From: an uncultured cyanobacterium
Lineage (GTDB): Bacteria > Cyanobacteriota > Cyanobacteriia > Phormidesmidales > Phormidesmidaceae
DNA length: 64,000 bases
Reading direction: 5' to 3'
NCBI GenBank assembly: GCA_963793265.1
Contig: CAWBZI010000002.1
Span: 448,001 to 512,000, forward strand
A program made the position numbers and the translations under genes. Of this stretch, positions 51,951 through 61,945 are shown one piece after another; within the stretch, counting starts at the first letter, position 1; each line of letters opens with the position of its first letter. Under the pieces are notes generated by a model. It searched no databases, was not told the DNA's origin, and saw only the letters and a program-made list of their open reading frames with translations.

Positions 51951-53300
51951 ATGAAAACAGCACACGTCATTGGCCTCGGTCGTTCTGGAATTGCCGCCGC
52001 TCGCGTTTTGGCCCGTCAGGGATGGCAGGTCGTCCTCAGCGACAGAGGCACCGCCGAACGCCACAAACGTGATGCTGAAGCGCTTACCCATGAAGGCATT
52101 ACCGTAAAGCTCAACCATTCTTTTGAGCCTGAGCCCGGCCTAGACTTACTGGTCGTGAGTCCTGGTGTCCCTTGGGATGCGCCCGCTCTGAAGAAAGCCC
52201 GTGAGATAGGAATTGAGACGATTGGCGAAATGGAATTGGCCTGGCGATCGCTACAAAACTGCCCCTGGCTCGGCATCACTGGCACCAACGGCAAAACCAC
52301 CACCACCGCCCTTGTCGCCGCCATCTTCAAAGCTGCCGGGCTCAACGCTCCCGCCTGTGGCAACATCGGCTACGCGGCCTGCGAGCTTGCCCTCACTGAG
52401 CCCCCCGACTGGGTAATCGCAGAACTCAGCAGCTACCAGATAGAAGCCGCCCCCACCCTCGCGCCCACCATTGGCCTGTGGACAACCTTCACCCCCGACC
52501 ACCTCAGCCGCCACAAAACGGTCGAGAACTACTACAAAATAAAAGCTTCTTTGCTGGCCAACTCTAAGGAAAAAGTCATCAACGGCGACGATCCTTGCCT
52601 GCTCAGCAAAGCCTCAGAGCGCGATCCCGACAGCCATTGGACAAGCGTAAAAGGCAAAGAAGAGATCGCGCCTTTGCATACCGACACCTATATCGAAGAC
52701 GGTTGGGTTATTCACAAAGGTGAGAAAATTGTTGAGACAAAAGCGCTGCGGATGGTGGGTGCTCACAACCAGCAAAATATGCTGTTGGCCGTTGCGGCGG
52801 CAAAGTTAGCGGGGATAGAAACGGAGGCGATCGCCCAAGGCATTTCCACCTTCCCTGGCGTCTCCCACCGCCTAGAACACATCTGCACCTGGCGCGGCGT
52901 AGACTTTATCAACGACAGCAAAGCCACCAACTACGACGCGGCTGAAGTTGGCCTACGTTCGGTCACTGGCCCTGCCATCCTCATCGCAGGCGGAGCCCCC
53001 AAAGACGGCGACGACACCGCCTGGATTAAACAAATCCAGGCAAAAGCTGCCACCGTTCTACTCGTAGGAGATGCCGCAGAACCTTTCGCCAAACGTCTCA
53101 AAGAATGCGCCTATCCTCACTACGAGATTGTTGAAACCATCGACCGCGCCGTCGCTAGAAGCGCAGAGATTAGCAAACAAAAGCCGATTAAAACTGTTCT
53201 CCTTTCCCCCGCCTGTGCCAGCTTCGATCAGTACGCCAACTTTGAAGTACGCGGCGATGATTTCCGACAGGTGTGTACAAAGTATCTAGGTGAGCTGTAA
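51951..53300 (+). CDS. murD: UDP-MurNAc-L-Ala--D-Glu ligase
   Basis: [46 protein letters not shown]. Confidence 0.97.
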   Translation: MKTAHVIGLGRSGIAAARVLARQGWQVVLSDRGTAERHKRDAEALTHEGITVKLNHSFEPEPGLDLLVVSPGVPWDAPALKKAREIGIETIGEMELAWRSLQNCPWLGITGTNGKTTTTALVAAIFKAAGLNAPACGNIGYAACELALTEPPDWVIAELSSYQIEAAPTLAPTIGLWTTFTPDHLSRHKTVENYYKIKASLLANSKEKVINGDDPCLLSKASERDPDSHWTSVKGKEEIAPLHTDTYIEDGWVIHKGEKIVETKALRMVGAHNQQNMLLAVAAAKLAGIETEAIAQGISTFPGVSHRLEHICTWRGVDFINDSKATNYDAAEVGLRSVTGPAILIAGGAPKDGDDTAWIKQIQAKAATVLLVGDAAEPFAKRLKECAYPHYEIVETIDRAVARSAEISKQKPIKTVLLSPACASFDQYANFEVRGDDFRQVCTKYLGEL

Positions 53301-53307
53301 AAGAAAA

Positions 53308-54426
53308 CTATGTCCAGTAGAGTATTTCTGCATTAGGAAACGTTTGCGCTATCTTCTCTTCAAAAAACTCTCGTAGTGACTGAGTAGTGGGTTTGTCATA
53401 GACGTACTTGATACCACCAAACTTGTTTCGCTTCGTAGATCGCGATTCCATGCCCATATCCAATTTGCTTTTTGGATACCACTCGTTCAAAACCTTTTTG
53501 GATTTAGAGGTATAGCGATGGCTAATCAGTTCAAAGGTAAGATCGCACTCGAAGTCCAAAGCGGCTGCGAGCTGATCGAACAGAGCATCGTAGTGGCTTT
53601 GCCAGTCTGTAAAGGCCATAATTGGCGCAATCACTAGGCCGATAGTATAGCCACCGCCCCCTCTTTCTTTGGGTAGGGCGAGCTGTCTGAGCGCGGCGAT
53701 GCGATCGCTCACCTTTGCCGTCCCCCCTTCAAACCCCTGCGCCACCGGATCAGCATTCACACTCGCCCGACACCGCGTATGCCCGTTATGCTCAATCTCT
53801 AGTAAAGGCTGCACGTTATCAAACTTAGATACCCACCGCAATCGCTTATCAGGCTGCTGACCAAAGTAACGAATGCACTCACCCAGGCTCCCGGTTAAGT
53901 GCTCCAAGCTCAATGGATCGGTATAGCAGCTCACCTCGAAGCTAGTCGTTTCTGTGTCTGAACTATAGTTAGCCGTATTCTCTAAGATCTCCAGCAAGTT
54001 CGCAAATACTCGAATTACTGGTGGCCCAGACAAGCTGCTTGCCAAATAACAATACTGACAGTGAGCCGGACACCCTTCTGCCAAATGAAACTGCCAGTCC
54101 GCAGACGGCGGAATTGGCTGAAGCTTAAACGCACTCGGCGGCGCAGTCACCACCGCCATTGTCTGCTTAGCCTTCGCATAAGTCTCTCTTTCTGTCTCAC
54201 CTCTCAGGCCCACCACCCTATTGTTCTTTAGCTCAACAATCGGCAGTCCCATATCGCTAATCCGTTGATATATTTGCTGGCCCCAGGGTTCTTCTAGTGC
54301 CGCTGGGGTGAACATGACTTGCTTAGGCATCCACAAGCGGGTAGCCGATTGAGGTGGAGATTGAGGCGTTTTGACTGAGTTTTTGACTGGGGTAGGGGAG
54401 AGGGCTGGCATGGGCGATTGCGTCAA
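53308..54426 (-). CDS. Spore photoproduct lyase family radical SAM protein
   Basis: GCPAHCQYCYL, FEVSCYTDP, KRNKFGGIKYVY, ILYWT. Confidence 0.85.
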   Translation of the reverse strand: MTQSPMPALSPTPVKNSVKTPQSPPQSATRLWMPKQVMFTPAALEEPWGQQIYQRISDMGLPIVELKNNRVVGLRGETERETYAKAKQTMAVVTAPPSAFKLQPIPPSADWQFHLAEGCPAHCQYCYLASSLSGPPVIRVFANLLEILENTANYSSDTETTSFEVSCYTDPLSLEHLTGSLGECIRYFGQQPDKRLRWVSKFDNVQPLLEIEHNGHTRCRASVNADPVAQGFEGGTAKVSDRIAALRQLALPKERGGGGYTIGLVIAPIMAFTDWQSHYDALFDQLAAALDFECDLTFELISHRYTSKSKKVLNEWYPKSKLDMGMESRSTKRNKFGGIKYVYDKPTTQSLREFFEEKIAQTFPNAEILYWT

Positions 54427-54829
54427 CAGTATGCGTCAACAGTACAGGTAATTTTTATCAGCGTTATATACATATAGTTTGACAAAAAAACGCAGAGACA
54501 GTACCGCTCTCAGGTACGGTTTTACGACCTCAAAAGCTGTTCCTTTCGATACCTTCTGCCTGTAGCAAAGACTGTTAGCAAAGGTTGCGGGCAAAGACCG
54601 CCTACAAAGGAAGCGCCGTAAAAAATATAACCGTGAAACACTTTGACGCCGTAAATTTTTTGACGGCAAAGCAAAAGCTACCGTGAAGAAATCAAAAATA
54701 CTTACATAAAGCATTCTTGTTGAATTAAACTACTGAAGCCTTCAAAAGGCCATATTAAAGTCGCTTTTGCGCAATTTCGAGGGCTACGCCCTACATCGTC
54801 ATCTGCATCCAGCAGGCTTATTTTGCGGC

Positions 54830-56272
54830 ATGGACTTCAAGCACCATATATTTATCAGCTATAGACACATCGATGACAAACCTTATCCAGCGGGCTCTAT
54901 CGGTTGGGTATCAAAGTTTCATCACATATTAGAAACTGCTTTAGCTGTCCGCAGAGGAGAAGAGCAGCGCTTGTGGCGAGATGTCACGAGGATGAAAGGT
55001 AACGAAAACCTAAGTGAAACGCTATTCGACACGCTCTCAGAGAGTGCTTTGCTAGTCTCTATTGTGTCACCGTCTTACTTAAAGTCTCAGTGGTGTTCGC
55101 GAGAACTCCGTCATTTTTGCCAGGAGGCCGAAAAAACAGGCGGGCTCGGCGTCGGTGAGCATGGATCTAGACTGTTTAAAGTTGATAAAGAGCACATACC
55201 GCTAGATCAGTGCCCTCCAGAGTTTCAAACATCACTTGGCTATCGGTTCTATGAGTTTGACGAGGCACAGTATCCCAAGGCGCTCGATCAGCCTTCTGAA
55301 AAAGTGGTAGGCGAGAAGTATATGGCTGTTATAGAAAGGCTTGCCAGAGAGATATGCGAGACGTTAGATACTTTAGAGACATCTTCTGAAGAAAGCCCTC
55401 AGCCGTCTAAAAAGCTCATCTATCTCTCAGAAACTACCGATGATCTGAGAGAGATCAGAGAGAGTATTCGTCAGAGCTTAGAAATGGACGGGCATCGGGT
55501 ATTGCCGTCGCAAATGCTGCCGCCAGAGGCAGACTTCTCTGAGAAAGTATTAGAGAATATGTCGCAGTGCGAGATGTCTATTCATTTGGTTAGTCCGAGT
55601 GCCCATCGTACTCAAGAGTTCCGTCAAAAGCTGATGGCGGCTAAAACTCAAGAGCAGATCAACATCTCTAGTCAGTGTGTTGAGAATAAACAGAGCTTGA
55701 CTCGCATATTTTGGATGCCACCGACCGAAACAGCAGATAGCTCAGACCCGTTTATCCGATCCATTCAAAGCGAGCCTAACTTTTTGAGTATGCCGGTTGA
55801 GTCATTAAAAACAACCATTCAAGATCAGCTACAGCAGCAAAGGGCGATCGCACTTGCGCCTGTAGGTAACGGGTCTAGCAAAGTATATCTTGACTGCGAT
55901 GAGGATGATTTTTTATATGCAGACGATATTGAGCCTATATACGACTGGCTCAGAAAGCGTTTTGATGAGGTTGTTTTGCCAGAACACGGTATGCACAATC
56001 TGAGCAGCTCAGAGGCCAGATTAAAGCAGTGCGAGGCTGTCTTGATTTACTACGGGCGCGCGCGCGATTTTTGGTTTGAAAGGCGGATATGCGCGCTGCA
56101 AAAAGCGCTTAGAAACGATCGCCCGCAGCCATTGCGAGCCAAGGCTATCTATGTGTCAAGACCAAACACGCCGAAAAAACAAAACCTCAACTTAAACATT
56201 CCTGTGATTAACGGAATAAGAGAATTTAGCGCCGAGATTCTCAATGTTTTTTCAGAGCAACTGGAGGCATAA
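54830..56272 (+). CDS. TIR-domain protein with two further TIR-like Rossmann modules
   Basis: IFISYRH..WV..LWRD..SPSYLKSQWCSRE; IYLSETTDDL..SIHLV; VYLDCD..CEAVLIYYG..W. Confidence 0.85.
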   Translation: MDFKHHIFISYRHIDDKPYPAGSIGWVSKFHHILETALAVRRGEEQRLWRDVTRMKGNENLSETLFDTLSESALLVSIVSPSYLKSQWCSRELRHFCQEAEKTGGLGVGEHGSRLFKVDKEHIPLDQCPPEFQTSLGYRFYEFDEAQYPKALDQPSEKVVGEKYMAVIERLAREICETLDTLETSSEESPQPSKKLIYLSETTDDLREIRESIRQSLEMDGHRVLPSQMLPPEADFSEKVLENMSQCEMSIHLVSPSAHRTQEFRQKLMAAKTQEQINISSQCVENKQSLTRIFWMPPTETADSSDPFIRSIQSEPNFLSMPVESLKTTIQDQLQQQRAIALAPVGNGSSKVYLDCDEDDFLYADDIEPIYDWLRKRFDEVVLPEHGMHNLSSSEARLKQCEAVLIYYGRARDFWFERRICALQKALRNDRPQPLRAKAIYVSRPNTPKKQNLNLNIPVINGIREFSAEILNVFSEQLEA

Positions 56273-56275
56273 ACA

Positions 56276-59200
56276 GTGCAGCTATTGATTAAGCCTTCTA
56301 CTCGAACCAATCCTTTCCCCGGTCTGCGCCCCTTTTTATTAGGCGAAGAAGATCTGTTCTTTGGGCGCGAAGGACAGTCAGATCAGCTATTAGAAAGACT
56401 CTACAGCGAGCGTTTTTTAGCAATCGTAGGAGCCTCTGGTAGCGGTAAGTCTTCTTTGGTACGCGCAGGTCTTTTGCCATCGCTCTATAGCGGTCTTTTT
56501 GTTTCGGCAAACGAAGCATGGCGCGGTGTGGCCAGCTCTAAGTGGAAAATTGCCATATTTAGACCCGGCAATGACCCAATTGAAAATTTGGCAGAGGCGC
56601 TCAATCGGCCTGAGGTGTTTGGGCGATCGCCTGACGAAAAAGATGCCAGCATTTATGCAGCGCTCAATAAAATCACGCTGAAGCGAGGGCACTTAGGCTT
56701 AGTAGAAGTCGCGCAGCAGGCTCGGATGGTAGAAAAAGAGAGTCTGTTAGTCGTGGTCGATCAGTTTGAAGAGCTGTTTCGGTTTAAGCAGAGCGCGCAG
56801 TCTCTAGAAGCTGAAGACAAAGCCGCTGCTTTTGTGAAACTTTTGCTGTCGGCTGTTAAACAAAGGGATGTGCCCATTTTTGTGGTGCTGACGATGAGAT
56901 CGGATTTTATTGGAGACTGCGCTCAGTTTCGCGATTTGCCAGAGGCGCTCAACGATAGCCAGTATTTGGTTCCGCGTCTGACGCGATCGCAGCTAAAAGA
57001 TGCCATTCAAGGGCCAGTAGCGGTTGCCAACGGCGAGATTACGCCTCAGCTCGTCAACCGATTGCTGAACGATGCCGGAGAAGATCCCGATCAGCTTCCT
57101 ATTTTGCAGCACGCGCTGATGCGAACGTGGGAATACGCATCAACTTCACAAGGGCCGCTCGATATGGCTCACTATGAGGCCATTGGCGGTGCTCGGGAGG
57201 CGCTTTCTCGCCATGCCGATCAAATTTATCGCAAGCTACCTGATGAGCGATCGCGCCAACTCGCCCAAAACATATTCAAAGCCATCACCGACCGAGGCCC
57301 TGACAACCGCGAAATTCGCCGCCCGCTAAAGCTCAAGCAAATCTGTGAAGTCACTGGCGCTAGTCCCAAAGAGGCCATTACTGTTATCAATGCTTTTAGC
57401 GGCCCCCAATGCTCTTTTTTAACGCCGCCTGCGGCCACCCCAAAAAAGGGAGATAGCGTTATTGATATCTCTCATGAGAGCCTCATGCGCAACTGGCAGC
57501 AGCTCAAAGCGTGGATAGATGAAGAAGCCTCATCGGCTAATATATACCGGAGACTCGCCCAAACAGCGGCGCTTCAGGCAAACCAAAAAGCGGAATACTA
57601 TCGCGGCCCTGAGCTATCTATTGCCCTAGAATGGCTAGAAAAGCAGCAGCCCAGCCAGCAATGGGCACAGCGATATGCGCCAAACTTTGAGCAGTCTAAA
57701 GCATTCTTAAAAGAGAGTGAGAAAGCTGAGCTGAAATTTAAGCAGGCTGAAAAACGAAAGCTTCAGGCGAGCGTAGTTTTTGGCTTATCGTTTCTTATTC
57801 TAAGCGTTTTTCTAGGCTGGTCGGTAAGAGAACAAAAGCGAATCAACCGCCAGGTAGAAAACGCCGAGATAGCGGCCACTGCCGAAAAGCTCATCGTGCA
57901 GTCAAACCAGATTAGAACAACTCAGCCAAACCTGCGTCCAACGGCTGCATTACTGGCCGTAGAGGCGTTTAATCAGCTTCAATCCGTCAAAGAATCGACC
58001 GTTGAAGCGAAGGGAAACCTACAGCGCAGCATCCTTCAGCTACCCCAGGCCATCTATCGTTCACAAGACACCAACACTCACGCCTTTAGCCCCAACAATC
58101 GATACATCGCCACAGGGGGCTCTAATGGAAAGGTTAGCCTCATCGATACCACTAGCCAAAAGCTAGTCTCTACGGCTAGCCATGACTACTCCGTTTCAAA
58201 GGTTATCTTTAGCAGCGACAGTCAGTATCTTGCAACGCTTGGCAGCGACCATCAAGCTAAGCTAATCGACGTTAAAAAGAGAGAAGAAATCGCAGAAGTG
58301 GAGCACTCAGATCCCATTTTTGACATTAGCTTTAGCAATAATGGTCAGTATCTATCAACGCGCAGTAAAGACGGCATAGCAAAGGTAATAGATACCCAAA
58401 CAGGCGATTTGATTACGACTATCTATCACGATGCCCCTACCGGATCGAACTACTTCAGCAGCGACAGCAACACCCTCATCACAACTAGCGGCGATGGCGC
58501 TGTGAGAATGGTCAATTTGAAAACCAAAGTCGTTACTAATATTGCTGAGTACAGTGACGACCAGATAAACGTTGTATTTAGTAGCGATAGTAAATACGTT
58601 GCACTCTACCCGACTAAAGAGAGTAAAGAGATCGAGATCATTTCAACTGAGACAGGCGAGAATATTAAAACGCTCAGCTATGAGGAAGAGATAGAAGGAC
58701 TAATATCTAAGGTCATTTTCAGTCCTAGCAGTGCCTATTTAGCAGTCGGTACCAGTGAAGGCGCTTTAGAAATATTCGATCTAACAACCAAAACAGTGGT
58801 ATCGACAGCCGAGTATCAAGGGCGTATTACAGAGCTTGCCTTCGATGTAGAGGGAAACCGCTTGGCCGTATCAATGAGCGGTAGCGAAGACTCAATAGAC
58901 ATTATTGACTTAGCCACTAAAAAGACCATTCATGAACTAGAGACTTATAATGATGCGACAACCCTAAGCTTTAGTGCTGACGGTAAATATTTGATTGCAC
59001 AGAGCTACTACGAAATAGAGATATTTGATTTAGAAAAAGATGCGTTAGTCAATGACATCTATCACTCTGGTGGCATCGGGAACGTCGCAATTAGCCCGGA
59101 CGAGCAGTACGTAGCCACCTATGACAACAGCGGCGTAGTCAGAATCATCAAGCTCAGCGTAGGTGAGATTTCGTCCTTGTTTCAGCATAGCGGAATTGAT

Positions 59201-61792
59201 GGGTTTTCCTTTAGCGATAGCAGCGAGTACTTAGCGACAAGAGGCTCAGATAAAACCGCAAAAGTTATCGAAGTTGAAACAGGCAAAATTATCTCTTCTA
59301 TTGAACATGAGTCTGCGATTTCTGAGATGTCTTTTAGCAAGAACAGTCGATACTTTGCTACAAACGATCTTTCAGGTGCGTTTAAGTCTATTGAAATAGA
59401 CAACCAAAAATCGTCGCAATCGCAGTTTAGATACAAAAACTCTCAAATTGATAGGTCTTTTGACGAAGATAAAAAGAGAATGGCTTTGGCGCTAGATCAA
59501 ACCAACGTTAAAGTGATTGATGCTGCTTCAGGTGAAGTTTTAGTGACTAGCACCAGCGACGCATCGATAGAGAACATTAGCTTTAGCGATAGTGGCCGTT
59601 ACTTGGCCACTCGTGATACCGGGTATTCTGTAAAGATTGTGGATGTGGAGACAAGAGAAGAAATCTCTGATATTGATCATGACTTTAGAGTAAAAGGATT
59701 AGCTATTAGCAACGATGAAAAATATATTGCGACTGGAACAGGTGACGGATTTTTAAGAATTATAGATCTCTCGACAGGAGATCTGATTGAACAGCTTGAA
59801 ATTCCTGATGATGATTGGACGTATCAATTCACCGGAGACGGACAGTATATTTTAACGAGAACGCCACGAGGAAAAATCAGAGGCATTCGAGCCTCAACAG
59901 GCGAGCAAATTTACGCTATTGATAGTAGCGATGATGAAGAAGGTGAGAGCGATCAGGGGTCGTGGAATATGAAAGTGAGCGAAAACGGCAAGTTTTTTGT
60001 GATGTCGAACGCTCAGAGTCCCAACGTGAAGGTATACAAGACTGAGACTGGCGAGATGGTTAGAGAGCTTGAGCATGGCGACTATGTTAAGTATGTAACC
60101 TTTAGCGAAAATAGCGAGCACTTGCTCTCTCGTAGTATTGATAATGTCATTAGAGTCTCTAACACTACAAATGCAGACGAGACAGCCCCTATTAAAGTGC
60201 AGACGAAAAACTCTATCCAATGGACGAAATTTAGCGAAGATAGTAAAGCATTAGCCTACTACACCATTGATGGAGAGGTCGGCATTATCTCTACCGAGAC
60301 AGAACAAACCGTTTCACTCGATCATGATTCTTCGGTTAACTTTCTCAGCTTTAGTGAAGACAGCAAGTATATGGCTACAGGGAGTGCAGATAAAACGGCC
60401 AAGCTAGTAGAAGTTGCTACTGGTGAGGTGGTTAAAACAATTGAATCAAACGGCTCCGTTGCTAGCGTAGTGTTTAGCGAAAACAGTCAATATATAGCTG
60501 CTGTTAGTAACGACAGAACGGCGCAAGTCGTTGATGTGTCAACGGGTGAGGTCGTTGGATTTGTTGAGCACAGCTCTGAAATTATGGGCGTTGCATTTAG
60601 CCCCGACAGCAGGATCTTTGCCACCTACGGTAAAGACAGAGTGGCTCAACTTATTCAGACAGACGGCGAGCAGCCGATTAATAGCATTGCGCATGAGGAC
60701 GATATTACAGGCATAGCGTTTAGCGAAGATAGCCAGTATGTCGCAACGGGTAGTGCTAATGGCGTCGTGAAGCTGCTGAAAGCAGATACAGGCGAAGAGA
60801 TTACGGTGATTGCGCACGAAAATGCTATTAACTTTCTTACGTTTAACCATAGTTCTAATACTTTGATCACCTCTAGCGTTGATGCGTCGCTGTATGTTAC
60901 GGAGATATCTGATACGGATTTTGAGGTGCAAGATGTGTGCGATCGCCTGGATGAAAACCTGTCGGTCAGCACGTGGAAAAAGTATATGGGAACCCCGCTC
61001 GAAGACTACACGCTCACCTGCGAAAACGCGCCTGTTGACATCAGCCTGCTTACAGAAGCAGGCAGCTTGGTAGAAAGAGAAAAAGAAAAAGAAGCCCAGT
61101 CGCTGCTCAAACGTATCCAAAAAATTGCGCCCAAAACCGACCTGTATCCGCACAGCTTAGATGTAGAAACTGAAATAGACTTTGTTATTGACGTTTGGAA
61201 AGTCAATCGACTCATTAAAGATGGCACCCAAGCAGCTCAGAGTAAAAAGATAGAGAAGGCTGCTGAAAGCTTCAAAGCCGCGCAAAACGTTATTCCGGGC
61301 GTCGATTTGAACACCGCTACTTTTTCTGTAGATACCGATCCAGAAGAGATTGCTAAATCCATAGCGGCTCGGTCGATCATCAAAGAAAAAACGTTAGACA
61401 GTAGCTCAAATCCAAGCGTTAGCCGAATTCAAGGAATTCTCGCTAACTATCAAAGGGCAAAAGAGCTTGACCCAGATGCCGATATATCGTCTTCTCAATG
61501 GGATCGCATCTGCTGGCTAGGCAGTCTTAATCGCGTTTATGAAGAGGTTATGACTGCTTGCGATCGCGCTATCAGTCAAGAGCCCGATTACATTGGCTGG
61601 CGCGATAGCAGAGGAATTGCGCGCGCCCTAAAAGGCGACAGGGCAGGCGCTATTGAAGACTTTCAAGCCTACATCAATTGGAATGGAAGCCCGCCCCGTC
61701 GAAAAGAGCAAAGACAGCAGTGGGTGAGTCGCCTTCAGAATGGAGAAAACCCTTTTACTGAAGCCTTACTCAAAGAACTTCGAGAAGAATAA
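56276..61792 (+). CDS. STAND (nSTAND1-like) NTPase + TM + beta-propeller repeats + TPR
   Basis: NPFPGLRPF..FFGRE, Walker A GASGSGKSS, LVVVDQFEELF, TMRSDF, LPILQHAL, HESL..W; TM near 57775-57825; about 23 WD40-like repeats; DSRGIARA TPR. Confidence 0.9.
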   Translation: MQLLIKPSTRTNPFPGLRPFLLGEEDLFFGREGQSDQLLERLYSERFLAIVGASGSGKSSLVRAGLLPSLYSGLFVSANEAWRGVASSKWKIAIFRPGNDPIENLAEALNRPEVFGRSPDEKDASIYAALNKITLKRGHLGLVEVAQQARMVEKESLLVVVDQFEELFRFKQSAQSLEAEDKAAAFVKLLLSAVKQRDVPIFVVLTMRSDFIGDCAQFRDLPEALNDSQYLVPRLTRSQLKDAIQGPVAVANGEITPQLVNRLLNDAGEDPDQLPILQHALMRTWEYASTSQGPLDMAHYEAIGGAREALSRHADQIYRKLPDERSRQLAQNIFKAITDRGPDNREIRRPLKLKQICEVTGASPKEAITVINAFSGPQCSFLTPPAATPKKGDSVIDISHESLMRNWQQLKAWIDEEASSANIYRRLAQTAALQANQKAEYYRGPELSIALEWLEKQQPSQQWAQRYAPNFEQSKAFLKESEKAELKFKQAEKRKLQASVVFGLSFLILSVFLGWSVREQKRINRQVENAEIAATAEKLIVQSNQIRTTQPNLRPTAALLAVEAFNQLQSVKESTVEAKGNLQRSILQLPQAIYRSQDTNTHAFSPNNRYIATGGSNGKVSLIDTTSQKLVSTASHDYSVSKVIFSSDSQYLATLGSDHQAKLIDVKKREEIAEVEHSDPIFDISFSNNGQYLSTRSKDGIAKVIDTQTGDLITTIYHDAPTGSNYFSSDSNTLITTSGDGAVRMVNLKTKVVTNIAEYSDDQINVVFSSDSKYVALYPTKESKEIEIISTETGENIKTLSYEEEIEGLISKVIFSPSSAYLAVGTSEGALEIFDLTTKTVVSTAEYQGRITELAFDVEGNRLAVSMSGSEDSIDIIDLATKKTIHELETYNDATTLSFSADGKYLIAQSYYEIEIFDLEKDALVNDIYHSGGIGNVAISPDEQYVATYDNSGVVRIIKLSVGEISSLFQHSGIDGFSFSDSSEYLATRGSDKTAKVIEVETGKIISSIEHESAISEMSFSKNSRYFATNDLSGAFKSIEIDNQKSSQSQFRYKNSQIDRSFDEDKKRMALALDQTNVKVIDAASGEVLVTSTSDASIENISFSDSGRYLATRDTGYSVKIVDVETREEISDIDHDFRVKGLAISNDEKYIATGTGDGFLRIIDLSTGDLIEQLEIPDDDWTYQFTGDGQYILTRTPRGKIRGIRASTGEQIYAIDSSDDEEGESDQGSWNMKVSENGKFFVMSNAQSPNVKVYKTETGEMVRELEHGDYVKYVTFSENSEHLLSRSIDNVIRVSNTTNADETAPIKVQTKNSIQWTKFSEDSKALAYYTIDGEVGIISTETEQTVSLDHDSSVNFLSFSEDSKYMATGSADKTAKLVEVATGEVVKTIESNGSVASVVFSENSQYIAAVSNDRTAQVVDVSTGEVVGFVEHSSEIMGVAFSPDSRIFATYGKDRVAQLIQTDGEQPINSIAHEDDITGIAFSEDSQYVATGSANGVVKLLKADTGEEITVIAHENAINFLTFNHSSNTLITSSVDASLYVTEISDTDFEVQDVCDRLDENLSVSTWKKYMGTPLEDYTLTCENAPVDISLLTEAGSLVEREKEKEAQSLLKRIQKIAPKTDLYPHSLDVETEIDFVIDVWKVNRLIKDGTQAAQSKKIEKAAESFKAAQNVIPGVDLNTATFSVDTDPEEIAKSIAARSIIKEKTLDSSSNPSVSRIQGILANYQRAKELDPDADISSSQWDRICWLGSLNRVYEEVMTACDRAISQEPDYIGWRDSRGIARALKGDRAGAIEDFQAYINWNGSPPRRKEQRQQWVSRLQNGENPFTEALLKELREE

Positions 61793-61945
61793 CTACGCCT
61801 TCAGGTGCGGTTCGACGAGCCTAAAACTAATCTCTTCTATTCTTCCTAATTAGGGATGAAGGATGCCTTCGAACTATTAACCATAGTAAGACAGCCACAA
61901 ACAAGCAGGTCGTATTTTGTCACGGCAAACCTTTTAGGAGAATAA

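Noticed and set aside
48304..52514. Many alternative-frame and antisense ORFs over murQ, glyS and murD
   Set aside because: They are low-complexity Gly- or Pro-rich shadows of real genes, explained by the local G/C skew.
54560..54690. GCAAA repeats suggesting a c-di-GMP-I riboswitch or a mini CRISPR array
   Set aside because: No P1/P2 pairing could be built; the 13-nt period is far too short for repeat-spacer units and no cas genes are present.
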